Source: a virus
Lineage: Duplodnaviria > Caudoviricetes
Strand: one strand, 5' to 3'
DNA: 37,286 nucleotides
Virus record (IMG/VR): IMGVR_UViG_3300028588_000054
Location: 1-37,286 of that record
The notes under the pieces: generated by a model
Seen by the model: the letters and a program-made list of their open reading frames with translations, nothing else
Told to the model about the DNA's origin: nothing
Databases searched by the model: none
In this document: piece by piece, positions 15,193-24,259 of the stretch
Layout: every line of letters starts with the position of its first letter
How positions within the stretch are numbered: position 1 is the stretch's first letter
Program-made: the position numbers and the translations under genes

Positions 15193-15351
15193 ATGAACGC
15201 CCTCGTCCTCATCATCGCCCTGCTGGGCATCGTCGTCTTGGTGTCCTGGCTGGCCGGCCGCATGGTGCGCATCCCGGCGCCGGCGTGCACGCAGCGCTGC
15301 CGCCAGGGTCGCGACTGCAGCTGCGGTATCGCCATGGAGCAGCAGCCTTGA
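15193..15351 (+). CDS. Small membrane-anchored Cys-rich protein (52 aa)
   Basis: Translated by hand: MNALVLIIALLGIVVLVSWLAG...CTQRCRQGRDCSC. GGAG RBS and TTGA overlap with the next gene. Confidence 0.65.
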   Translation: MNALVLIIALLGIVVLVSWLAGRMVRIPAPACTQRCRQGRDCSCGIAMEQQP

Positions 15352-15851
15352 CCGAACGCCGCACCACGATCAGCCTCAACTGGCGCCCGGCCGGGGAGCC
15401 GGCGCGCCGCCGCGACGACTTCGCCGAGGTGCCATATGCGCAGCCGCAACCGCAGCGCCGGCAGGATCCGGCGCACCCGGACGTCGGCGACATCGACCAG
15501 CGTCTCAAGAACTGGGGCCGCTGGGCGAACGCCGATTACCGCCGGATCAACCGCACGGCCACCGCTGCATTTTGCGATCGGCTGCGCCGCGAAGCCGGGC
15601 TGCACCAGGATCACAGCGACGAGCGTCGCCGGCTGGACGATGACGACGCCTACCGGATCGAACTCGGCCTGCACCTGCTGCGCGGCACCCAGAAGGGCAT
15701 CTTGCGCATGCACTACGTCGACGGCCGGGCCTGGCAGGCGATCTGCCGCGTGTTGCAGTTCCCGGTAAAGCGGGGACTGTTCGACAGCCTGCTGGTCAAC
15801 GCCCAGATCGCGATAGAATTCGTTGTCGAAAAGAATACGGAGAAGCAATGA
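15348..15851 (+). CDS. Late-gene antiterminator Q-like protein
   Basis: IDQRLKNWGRW...DA.RIE...ILRMHYV...ICR.L pattern, upstream of a pR'-like promoter. TTG start with GGAG RBS. Confidence 0.65.
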   Translation: MTERRTTISLNWRPAGEPARRRDDFAEVPYAQPQPQRRQDPAHPDVGDIDQRLKNWGRWANADYRRINRTATAAFCDRLRREAGLHQDHSDERRRLDDDDAYRIELGLHLLRGTQKGILRMHYVDGRAWQAICRVLQFPVKRGLFDSLLVNAQIAIEFVVEKNTEKQ

Positions 15852-16231
15852 ACCTGGACGATGACGATACCGTTGACGAGTTGCCGGCGCGCCCGCGCCA
15901 GGTAATCCCCGTCGCCGACCGCGAGCTGCTCGAGTTGGCGGCGCGCGCCCTGGGCGCTGTGCATGTCGAGGACGTTGAGGGCGAGGAGTGGCTGAATCTG
16001 CACTTCGCGGACGGATCGACCGTGAACCACTGGAACCCACTGGTGCACGGCGACGACACGTTCAACCTGAGCACCGACACACGAATGCAAATCACGCAGC
16101 GCGTGGACGAGGTGCGTATCGGTCACCGCTCGATCCCTGCGCTTTACGAGCCTGTCGGCGATGATCGCCGCGCCGCAACCCGTCGCGCTGTCACCCGCGC
16201 CGCCGCCGAGGTCGGCAAAGGGCGACAGTAA
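15848..16231 (+). CDS. Hypothetical phage protein (DRELLELAARA...WNPL..GDD type)
   Basis: 127 aa, GGAG RBS, ATGA overlap. Confidence 0.7.
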   Translation: MNLDDDDTVDELPARPRQVIPVADRELLELAARALGAVHVEDVEGEEWLNLHFADGSTVNHWNPLVHGDDTFNLSTDTRMQITQRVDEVRIGHRSIPALYEPVGDDRRAATRRAVTRAAAEVGKGRQ

Positions 16232-16323
16232 CGGCTCGCCCTCAATGGTCTCACGCCGGTACTGCTGTGCTAGCATGGTTTTCACGCGATAGGGATCGCG
16301 TATAACGAAAACTGGAGAGCAAA

Positions 16324-16659
16324 ATGGTGATAGTTGATGGTAAGGAAGTTCTGATTTCTGAATCGTTTGTCATGCTACCCGGGGAACGCGCTGTCGTTTC
16401 CGTTCCATCGGTCTATGAAGGTGGAATTTCTTTCCGCTGCGCGCAGGAACAGCGGCAGGAATCTGCGAGCGCGGCACATGGGTTCGGCGTTTCGGTGCCA
16501 CTTCTTCCTGCTGGCCAAAGTTTCCTGCTGGATTGGCCTGACTTAATAACGGTTCGTGAAGGCGAAATCACTGGACGCATCGTAGGTCACAGGGTCGATG
16601 CAGGCATGATGGTCTATGTGAACCTGTACATTGTCCGTCCATCGAAAAAAACCACGTGA
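16324..16659 (+). CDS. Hypothetical low-GC moron
   Basis: 111 aa, GGAG RBS, atypical codon usage, own promoter-like sequence upstream. Confidence 0.6.
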   Translation: MVIVDGKEVLISESFVMLPGERAVVSVPSVYEGGISFRCAQEQRQESASAAHGFGVSVPLLPAGQSFLLDWPDLITVREGEITGRIVGHRVDAGMMVYVNLYIVRPSKKTT

Positions 16660-16683
16660 ACAGATAAAATTTCTAATCGGAAC

Positions 16684-16712
16684 TTGACAGTAGGAAATCT
16701 CAGCAGTAAATT
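16684..16712 (+). promoter_or_regulatory. pR'-like late promoter
   Basis: TTGACA-17 nt-TAAATT upstream of a terminator and terS. Confidence 0.75.
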
Positions 16713-16788
16713 CCTATCCACAACTTATTTCCGTCCATAAAGACGCGTGCGGGTGCCTGATGGCAGCCCGCGGCGACTCTGGACTTAG

Positions 16789-16822
16789 AAGCCCCGCGAT
16801 CAGCAATGACGCGGGGCTTTTT
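16789..16822 (+). terminator. tR'-like terminator
   Basis: AAGCCCCGCG-loop-CGCGGGGCTT-TTT between the late promoter and terS. Confidence 0.8.
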
Positions 16823-16835
16823 CATTCCAGCCACC

Positions 16836-17363
16836 ATGAGCGAAAAGAAACCAGCCAAGACGCCACGCAAGCCGGCGACTAAGGCCCGGGCCAAACCGCT
16901 CGGGCGCCCCAGCAAGTACACGAAGAAAATTGCCGACCACATCTGCGCTCGCCTCGCCGCGGGTGTGCCACTGGCCGAGATTTGCCGCGCTGACAACATG
17001 CCAGCCGTGCGCACGGTCAGCGATTGGAAGAAGGCCAACGCCACCTTTTCCGCCGACTTCGCACGTGCACGCGACGAGGGCTTCGACCGAATCGCCGCCG
17101 ACTGCCTCCAGATCGCCGACGAAACCAGCAGCGACACACTGTCCACCGAACACGGCGACCGCCCGAACACTGAGTGGATCGCTCGCTCGAAGCTGCGCAT
17201 CGAGACGCGCCTGAAGCTTCTGGCGAAGTGGGATCCCAAGCGCTACGGCGACAAGGTCGACATCAACCACGGCGGCCAGGACGGCAACCCGATTAAAACC
17301 GAGTCGCACGTGCAGCTGTCGGCGGAGGAGTCTTACAAGAGGCTCATCGAGGGCGGCAACTGA
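16836..17363 (+). CDS. terS: Terminase small subunit (Sf6-like)
   Basis: GRPSKYT..IAD.IC.RLA.G..L.EICR...MP...TV..W and RSKLRIETR.KLLAKWDPKRYGDK. Confidence 0.9.
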   Translation: MSEKKPAKTPRKPATKARAKPLGRPSKYTKKIADHICARLAAGVPLAEICRADNMPAVRTVSDWKKANATFSADFARARDEGFDRIAADCLQIADETSSDTLSTEHGDRPNTEWIARSKLRIETRLKLLAKWDPKRYGDKVDINHGGQDGNPIKTESHVQLSAEESYKRLIEGGN

Positions 17364-17595
17364 TTTTGATGCACCGAAGCGCAGCGCGTCGGCACCGCTG
17401 CATCACATCCTGGTGAATGAATTTCTTTGAACAACCCTGCCATATGGGAGCTTCTGACAGGCCGGAACAGCACGGCCACCACACGAATGCGCTCCAGCAA
17501 GAACGCATCCGTGTGGTCAAGCGCTGATACGCGAGGCTGCTGGTCAGCCGCCACTACATGTCTCCAGCTCCAGGCTCCGCAGGGTCTGGGGCCTT

Positions 17596-17621
17596 GCCCG
17601 CCGCGTGCGGGCCTTTTTATT
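17596..17621 (+). terminator. Intrinsic terminator
   Basis: GCCCGC-CGCGT-GCGGGC-CTTTTTATT. Confidence 0.6.
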
Positions 17622-17633
17622 CGAAGGTGACCT

Positions 17634-18104
17634 ATGGCCGCTGGCCCAATCGTCGTGCCGAACAAGGCGCGGCTGAACCTGTTCAACGCCACCAACCTGC
17701 TGGGCGCCGATGCGTCCAAGTTCAAGCTGGCCCTGGTGGGCTCGGGCTGGACGCCAGACAACGGCGATACCGGCATCGAGGTCTGGGGCGACGTCTCCGC
17801 GAACGAAATCGCGAACGGCGGCGGCTACACGACCGGCGGCGTCGCACTGACCGGCGTGTCGCTGACCCAATCCGGCGGCACGGTGAAGTTCACCAGCGGC
17901 GCGGCCCAGTGGACGGCCACCGGCAGCGGCATCGCAGCCTGGCGCCGTGGCGTCATCTACTACGCCGGCACGCTGAACGGCAAGGTGAACCCGATCGTTG
18001 GCCACTTCCTGGGCGATGCAACGCCGGCGGACATCCCGGCCACCGCCGCACCCAACACGCTGACCGTTACCCCGAACGCTGCGGGGCTCTTCTCCGCGAG
18101 CTGA
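17634..18104 (+). CDS. Putative virion structural/appendage protein
   Basis: G/T/A-rich beta protein (FKLALV...NEIANGGGYTTGGVALT) seen in phage fibre modules. Confidence 0.65.
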   Translation: MAAGPIVVPNKARLNLFNATNLLGADASKFKLALVGSGWTPDNGDTGIEVWGDVSANEIANGGGYTTGGVALTGVSLTQSGGTVKFTSGAAQWTATGSGIAAWRRGVIYYAGTLNGKVNPIVGHFLGDATPADIPATAAPNTLTVTPNAAGLFSAS

Positions 18105-18106
18105 TC

Positions 18107-18535
18107 ATGCCGACGATCCGTGAACGCATCATCGGCCTGGCTGCCCTGATCCCGGCCCGGCTCAACCGCGACCTGGATGCGCTTGCCGCTGGTCTGAACG
18201 CGGCGCCGGCGAAGGTGCTGTCTACGCGCTACATCAACGCGCAGAACATCCTGTCGGAATGCGCGGATGGCGCCGACATCATCAGCCGCCTCAACGGCGC
18301 GGCGAGCACGAACAGCACCGTCAAGTACGCGATGCTGACCCTGGTGCAGGACAAGGGGCTGAACGTCGGCGATCCGACGATCCAGTCGCTCTTCGACAGC
18401 CTGACCGCTGGCCTGGTGCCGGTACTGACCGCATCCCAGGCAACGCAGCTGAAGAACCTGGCCATGCTGCCGCAGATGGTCACCCGCACCGACGTCGAGG
18501 CGGCAATGTACAACCCGAATGGAACCGAGAAATGA
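18107..18535 (+). CDS. Hypothetical protein (MPTIRERIIG...)
   Basis: Phage-like codon usage, tightly packed, ATGA overlap with the next gene. Confidence 0.65.
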   Translation: MPTIRERIIGLAALIPARLNRDLDALAAGLNAAPAKVLSTRYINAQNILSECADGADIISRLNGAASTNSTVKYAMLTLVQDKGLNVGDPTIQSLFDSLTAGLVPVLTASQATQLKNLAMLPQMVTRTDVEAAMYNPNGTEK

Positions 18536-18921
18536 CCGCACCGACCCGCTCTACCATCCCCATCCTCGCGTCGGTGAGCGTCCCGGCCGGCGGCAGCAAG
18601 GCTGCGCCGGCGGCCGGCGGTACCGGCGCATGGGTCGACGTGCGTGGTCAGAACGGCGGCCAGCTGGCGTACAGCGTCAAGAACGGCAGCATCGCACCGG
18701 GCGTTCAGGGTCAGTTCACCTTCCAGGTCGGCGACGGCAACGACACATCCACCGTTACGAACGTCACCGACCTGTGGACTGGCGGCGGCACCACCGTCGG
18801 CAGCGACGAAACCACCGGTCTCCTCGAACTGCCGGCTACCGCGTCGTTTGTCCGGATGCTCTGCTACGGCCACACCACGAACGCCGTGACGTTCCGAGGC
18901 ACCCTCTTCGCGAAGGCCTGA
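18532..18921 (+). CDS. Putative beta-sandwich virion protein (MTAPTRSTIP...)
   Basis: 129 aa, G/T-rich, coupled to its neighbours. Confidence 0.6.
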   Translation: MTAPTRSTIPILASVSVPAGGSKAAPAAGGTGAWVDVRGQNGGQLAYSVKNGSIAPGVQGQFTFQVGDGNDTSTVTNVTDLWTGGGTTVGSDETTGLLELPATASFVRMLCYGHTTNAVTFRGTLFAKA

Positions 18922-18922
18922 T

Positions 18923-20137
18923 ATGCGAGGCATGCGCTACCAGCCGCAAGGCAGCGCGCGGCTCAACACGAATAATCCCCTTGTGCGGGGCGCGTTCGTT
19001 TATCCACTCGCCGCTCATAACAGAATTCTGGGCGCTGCGTCCGGCACGCCAAGCGTGGAAGGCAATACAGCGAGACGAGGCGGCCCAACCGGCTTGTACT
19101 ACAGTCTCAGTAGCGCGCAGGCCGATGTAATCCGATTGGGCGCGAACGCGGCAATGCAGGCCGAAGCGTTCAGTACGCTGATCGTTGTCAAATTCGATGC
19201 GCTTCCCGCCAGCGGTACATCCTTTACGATCTTCCAGAGCGGCTCAGCTGCGGATCAAAGCTACCAAGCGAGTAATGGTAGTTTCCAGTTCAGGGTAGGA
19301 GATGCGGGTGACCTACAAGTAATCAAAGACAATACGGTTGCCGTATATTCCGGCCCTGCTGGTGTGATCGCCCCGGGTAAATGGACGGTCGTGTCGCTCG
19401 CGTTCGCATCTGGGGCGCCAGGTTATTTACGTCTCGCCGTCAATGGTCGAGTGGTCGGCCAGCACACTCCAAGCATCGACAGCTTCAAAGCCGGCAATTT
19501 CACCATCGGCACAAAAGACGGGACAACCAGTGAGAAGGGTCCGGTTGACGTCGCACTTTTCGGCTATTGGCCCCGCACGCAGGCGGAGCATGAACAGATC
19601 GCACTGAGCCGCAATCCTTGGCAGATGTTCCAAGCATCGCTTGAAGAGGATGCGGTTGCCCCGGTTGTCGCGACGATCGCCCCAAGCGCGGCGTCGCTGG
19701 TCATTACCGGCTTCGCACCCACCGTGGCGCGCGGCGTCACCACCAACGTGGTGCCCGGTGCCACAGGGTTGGCCCTGACCGGCTTCGCACCGAGCGTCAC
19801 CCAGGGCATGACGACGGGCGTGTCGCCGGCGCCGGTCGCGCTGACCCTGGCGGGCTACGCGCCGGCAGTGACCCAGACCGCGGCGCGCGGCGCAAACCCG
19901 GCACCGGCGACGCTGACGATCACAGGCTACGCCCCGACCGTGGCGCGCGGCGCAAGCTTGGCCGTCGCCGGCGGCGCGCCGGCCGCCATGACGCTGACCG
20001 GGTATGCGCCGACGGTCACCCAGGCCAACAACCTGGTGCCGCACTACCACGACGCCACGATCATGCGGCTGAGCGGCGTGCGTGGCGTGGCCAACCTCGG
20101 TCCGGACAGACTTCAACAGACAGCAGGCCTTCCATGA
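18923..20137 (+). CDS. LamG/ConA-like domain protein with five C-terminal ~23-aa repeats (fibre/adhesin-like)
   Basis: GKWTVVSL...LRLAVNG...FTIG lectin-like pattern, ALSRNPWQMF, repeats L.[IL].G[FY]AP.V. Confidence 0.7.
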   Translation: MRGMRYQPQGSARLNTNNPLVRGAFVYPLAAHNRILGAASGTPSVEGNTARRGGPTGLYYSLSSAQADVIRLGANAAMQAEAFSTLIVVKFDALPASGTSFTIFQSGSAADQSYQASNGSFQFRVGDAGDLQVIKDNTVAVYSGPAGVIAPGKWTVVSLAFASGAPGYLRLAVNGRVVGQHTPSIDSFKAGNFTIGTKDGTTSEKGPVDVALFGYWPRTQAEHEQIALSRNPWQMFQASLEEDAVAPVVATIAPSAASLVITGFAPTVARGVTTNVVPGATGLALTGFAPSVTQGMTTGVSPAPVALTLAGYAPAVTQTAARGANPAPATLTITGYAPTVARGASLAVAGGAPAAMTLTGYAPTVTQANNLVPHYHDATIMRLSGVRGVANLGPDRLQQTAGLP

Positions 20138-20442
20138 ACCCCAATGTTGGCGAATACGGCATCGCCTATGACGTAAACACGAACTACGACATGTCGGCGG
20201 CCACCTCGGTGGTGATGGACATCACCCGGCCGGACGGCAGCAAGATCGCCGCGCCGGCGGCCGTCGGCCTGGTCGACCTGGCCACCGCCGACATGGGCAC
20301 GTTCGCCGCGAAGAAGTACTGCACCTACGTGTTCAAGGACGGCGACCTGAACCAGCCTGGCGACTACCGCGTGCGCGTGGTCTACACCGACAGCACGAAG
20401 CGGCTGATTGCCGACCCTGTCGCCTTTACCGTGAACCCATAA
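20134..20442 (+). CDS. BppU-N-like small structural protein
   Basis: ITRPDGS...YVFKDGDLNQPGDY motif. Confidence 0.6.
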   Translation: MNPNVGEYGIAYDVNTNYDMSAATSVVMDITRPDGSKIAAPAAVGLVDLATADMGTFAAKKYCTYVFKDGDLNQPGDYRVRVVYTDSTKRLIADPVAFTVNP

Positions 20443-20451
20443 GGAAACACC

Positions 20452-20595
20452 ATGCACTTCCAGCTTACCCTCGACGACGAGCGCCGATGGGTGCTGGTCC
20501 TGCATCAGATCGAGCGCATGCGCATCGCGATCCTGAGCGACGCCGGCACGCCGCCACCAGCAGCACACGATAGGCCTGGCGATGGCCGCGCCTGA
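20452..20595 (+). CDS. Small hypothetical protein (47 aa)
   Basis: Translated by hand; AAGGA RBS; overlaps the terL start. Confidence 0.45.
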   Translation: MHFQLTLDDERRWVLVLHQIERMRIAILSDAGTPPPAAHDRPGDGRA

Positions 20596-22111
20596 GTGGT
20601 TCGACTTCCGCTCGCCCGACTACGACCGTCTGTACACGCTGCGCGCCGAACGCCTGGAACGGCTGCGTGCCGCGCCCGAGCTGGTGCCTGGCCTGAAAGA
20701 GCACTACAAGGCCAACCCGATCGACTTCATCAACGACTGGGGCATGACCTTTGACCCGCGTAACGCGGAGATCGGCCTGCCCACGGTGATCCCGTTCCTG
20801 CTGTTCCCGAAACAGGCCGAATTCGTCACCTGGGTGTTCGACCTGTGGCGCGGTCGCGAAGACGGCCTTGCCGAGAAGTCGCGCGACATGGGGATTTCCT
20901 GGCTGAGCGTGGGTATCGCGGTCTGGATGTGGACTTTCTACCCGGGCGTGGTGATTGGCTTCGGCAGCCGCAAAGAGGAATACGTCGACAAGCTGGGCGA
21001 CCCGAAGTCCCTGTTCTGGAAGGTGCGCCAGTTCGTCAAGATGCTGCCCGAGGAGTTCCGCCCAGCCGGCTACGTCGAGAACAAGCACGCGCTGCACATG
21101 CGCATCATCAACCCTGAGACCGGATCGGCGATCGTGGGCGAGGCCGGCGACAACATCGGCCGCGGTAACCGCACCTCGATCTACTTCAAGGACGAATCGG
21201 CGTTCTACGAGCGCCCGGAAGCGATCGACGCCGCGCTGTCGCAGACGTCGAACTGCAAGATCGACCTCTCGACCGTGAACGGCAACGGCAACCCGTTCTA
21301 CAAGAAGCGGCACGGCGGCAAGGTGAAGGTCTTCACCTTCCACTGGCGCCAGGATCCGCGCAAGGACGACGCCTGGTACCAGAAGCAGTGCAACACGCTC
21401 GACCCCGTGATCGTGGCCCAGGAAATCGACATCGACTACAACGCGTCGACGACCGACAGCTGGATCGATGGCGTGTCGGTGTCGGATGCGCAGCGCAACG
21501 GCCCGGCCGACGTCGAGGCGATCGGTGAATGGGTGCTCGGTGTCGACGCCGCGCACTACGGCGACGACGAGAGCGTCATCCACAAGCGCCGCGGCCGACT
21601 CAACCTGCCGCAGGTTACCCGCCGCAAGCTGGACGGGCCTGGCCTGGCTGCCGTGGTCGAGGCTGAATGCGACGACTTGGTCGAGGCCGGCGGATCCATC
21701 GGCGGCATCGTCATCGAGCTCGACGGCCCGGGCGTCTCCTGCTACGACCAGCTCAAGCTGGGCCGGTACAAGGACAAGATGGTCGGCGTCCACACTGGCG
21801 CCAGACTGTCCGATGGCAAGAACTACAACGTGCGCGCCAAGATGTGGCGCGACGCACGCGACTACCTGGCGGCCGGCCCCGTGTCGCTGCCGGTCGACGG
21901 CGAGCTGAAGTCCCAGGTGTCGTCGGTCAAGTACCGCTATAAGGACGGCCTGCTGCTGATGCAGTCCAAGAAGGAATACAAGGCCGAGTTCGGCAAGTCG
22001 CCGGACCGCGCCGACGCCTTCGTGCTGTCGTTTGTTCCGGTCAAGCAACGCAAGGCCTCCGAGCGGCCGAAACTGAAATCAACACCGAGCCCGAATGGCT
22101 GGATGGGATAA
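20582..22111 (+). CDS. terL: Terminase large subunit
   Basis: EKSRDMGISW (Walker A-like), YFKDESA (Walker B), GVDAA nuclease motif, KSPDRADA. Confidence 0.92.
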   Translation: MAAPEWFDFRSPDYDRLYTLRAERLERLRAAPELVPGLKEHYKANPIDFINDWGMTFDPRNAEIGLPTVIPFLLFPKQAEFVTWVFDLWRGREDGLAEKSRDMGISWLSVGIAVWMWTFYPGVVIGFGSRKEEYVDKLGDPKSLFWKVRQFVKMLPEEFRPAGYVENKHALHMRIINPETGSAIVGEAGDNIGRGNRTSIYFKDESAFYERPEAIDAALSQTSNCKIDLSTVNGNGNPFYKKRHGGKVKVFTFHWRQDPRKDDAWYQKQCNTLDPVIVAQEIDIDYNASTTDSWIDGVSVSDAQRNGPADVEAIGEWVLGVDAAHYGDDESVIHKRRGRLNLPQVTRRKLDGPGLAAVVEAECDDLVEAGGSIGGIVIELDGPGVSCYDQLKLGRYKDKMVGVHTGARLSDGKNYNVRAKMWRDARDYLAAGPVSLPVDGELKSQVSSVKYRYKDGLLLMQSKKEYKAEFGKSPDRADAFVLSFVPVKQRKASERPKLKSTPSPNGWMG

Positions 22112-24211
22112 ATGGCAACTACCGACAACACCGCAGACGAGAAGATCGTTCTAGAGGCCAAGAAGCGCTTCCAGCGCTGCGAGGACTTCGAGTCCGACAC
22201 GCGGCCGCTGTGGAAGGCCGACGTCCGCTTTGCCAATGGCGACCCGGACAACGGCTGGCAGTGGGACGACATGATGCGCAAGGGCCGCCAGCTGGACAAG
22301 CGCCCTTGCCTGACGATCAACAAGACGAAGCAGCACAACCGCCAGATCACGAACGACCAGCGGCAGAACAAGCCCAGCATTCGCGTGTATCCGGTGGATA
22401 GCGGCGCCGACAAGAAGACCGCCGAGATGTTCAACGGCGTGATCCGGCACATCGAGCAGAACAGCAACGCCGACGTGGCCTACGACACCGCGGCCGAACA
22501 CCAGGTCGACGGCGGCCTGGGCTACTGGCGCGTCATCACCGACTACGCCAGCGACGACAGCTTCGATCAGGAAATCTTCATCAAGCGCGTCAAGAACCCG
22601 CTGAACGTGTACCTCGACCCAGACATCCAGGAAGCGGACGGCAGCGATGCCCGCTTCGGCTTTGTGTTCGAGGACATCGCGCGCGAGGAATTCGAGGCGC
22701 GCTACCCGAACGTCGACGCGGTCACCTGGCCGCTCGACGGCGGCGACACGTGGCTCAGCAAGGATACGGTGCGGATCTGCGAGTACTTCCGCCGGGTCGA
22801 CCTGAACGACAAGCTGTTCGTCGACACCCAGGGCAACGTGCTCAAGGCGTCCGAGATGGACAAGGACGCACTGGTTGCGGCGGCGTCGGCCGGCTGGCGA
22901 TCGCGCCCGGTGAAGCGGCAGCAGGTCGAGTGGCACCTGCTCGCCGGCGACGTGGTGGTCGAGAAGAAGGAATGGCTGGGCCGCTACATCCCGATCGTGC
23001 GCGTTGTCGGCGACGAGATCGAGATCGACGGCAAGCTCGACCGCAAGGGCCACACGCGCCAGATGAAAGATGCGCAGCGCATGTACAACTACAACTCGTC
23101 GGCGAGTGTGGAATACGGCGCGCTGCAGACCAAGACGCCGATCATGGCCGCTGCCGAGGCGATCGAGGGCTACGAGGAACACTGGGACAACGCCAACACC
23201 CAGAACAAACCTTACCTGCCCTACAACCACGTCGATGCCAACGGCAACCTGATCCCGGAACCACACCGTATTCAGGCGCCGACGCCGGCCACCCTCTTCC
23301 TGGACGGCATGCGCGTCGCGTCGGACGAGATGAAGATGGCCAGCGGCCAGTATGACGCCAGCATGGGCGCCAAGTCGAACGAGACCAGCGGCCGCGCGAT
23401 CATGGCCCGCCAGCGTGAAGGCGACACGGCGACGTTCCACTTCATCGACAACATCGCACGGGCCATCAAGTACACCGGCAAGATCCTGATCGACCTTATC
23501 CCGAAGGTCTACGACACGCCGCGGCTGATCCGGATCCTGGGCGAAGACGGCAAGGAAAGTCATGCGCAGATCGATCCAACCCAGAAGCAGGCCTACGTGC
23601 AGCAGCAGGCCCCTGGTGGCGAGACACAGGATTTCTACAACCCGAGCGTCGGGCGCTATGACGTGGTGGTGGCCGTCGGCCCGAGCTACAGCACGAAACG
23701 GCAGGAAGCATTCCAGGCGCTGACCGAGATGGCCAGCCGCAGCCCGGACATCCTGGCGCGCGCCGGCGACCTGGTCATGCGCGCGGCCGACTTCCCGATG
23801 GCCGAGGAGCTGGCCGAACGCTTGACGCCCCCGGACGTGGCCGCCGCCAAGGAAAAAGGCGCGTCGCCCGAGGCGCAGCAGATGCAGCAGCAGCTCCAGC
23901 AGATGCAGGGGCAACTCCAGACCCTCGGCCAGGAATACAACCAGCTGCACGACGAGAAGGACGGCGAGCGGCAGCAGCGCCTGCTGGACCGCTACCGCGC
24001 CGAGACCGACCGCCTGAAGATCATTTACCCGACGATGCCGCAGCAGATCGCGCAGGTGATTGCCCAGGAATTCGGCCTCGAGCTGGTGAACGAGCCGCCG
24101 CTGGCCGAGGCCGGCGCCGACCCGGGCGCACCGCCTGGCCTGCCGCCGGCAGCACCGCAACCCGAAGAAGACCCGCCGAGTGCGGGTTTTTCTTTGCCCG
24201 AATCGCAGTAA
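22112..24211 (+). CDS. Portal protein (P22-like)
   Basis: 699 aa, RPCLTIN, SGRAIMARQ, GRYDVVV.VGPSYSTKRQE, Gln-rich C-terminal barrel. Confidence 0.93.
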   Translation: MATTDNTADEKIVLEAKKRFQRCEDFESDTRPLWKADVRFANGDPDNGWQWDDMMRKGRQLDKRPCLTINKTKQHNRQITNDQRQNKPSIRVYPVDSGADKKTAEMFNGVIRHIEQNSNADVAYDTAAEHQVDGGLGYWRVITDYASDDSFDQEIFIKRVKNPLNVYLDPDIQEADGSDARFGFVFEDIAREEFEARYPNVDAVTWPLDGGDTWLSKDTVRICEYFRRVDLNDKLFVDTQGNVLKASEMDKDALVAAASAGWRSRPVKRQQVEWHLLAGDVVVEKKEWLGRYIPIVRVVGDEIEIDGKLDRKGHTRQMKDAQRMYNYNSSASVEYGALQTKTPIMAAAEAIEGYEEHWDNANTQNKPYLPYNHVDANGNLIPEPHRIQAPTPATLFLDGMRVASDEMKMASGQYDASMGAKSNETSGRAIMARQREGDTATFHFIDNIARAIKYTGKILIDLIPKVYDTPRLIRILGEDGKESHAQIDPTQKQAYVQQQAPGGETQDFYNPSVGRYDVVVAVGPSYSTKRQEAFQALTEMASRSPDILARAGDLVMRAADFPMAEELAERLTPPDVAAAKEKGASPEAQQMQQQLQQMQGQLQTLGQEYNQLHDEKDGERQQRLLDRYRAETDRLKIIYPTMPQQIAQVIAQEFGLELVNEPPLAEAGADPGAPPGLPPAAPQPEEDPPSAGFSLPESQ

Positions 24212-24259
24212 AACCCGTACCCGTCCGGCAAGACGGGGCCTCAATCATCTTGGGAAACC

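Noticed and set aside
15159-15347. Long N-terminal extension of the Q-like ORF given in the ORF track
   Set aside because: This region is better explained by the 52-aa membrane ORF in another frame plus a TTG start at 15348 with an RBS. Over-extended starts were trimmed in the same way for several other ORFs.
14081-16680. Nested satellite or integrative element carried by the second recombinase
   Set aside because: No bounding direct repeats were seen, the gene is coupled to dnaB, and the downstream genes are normal phage late-control genes.
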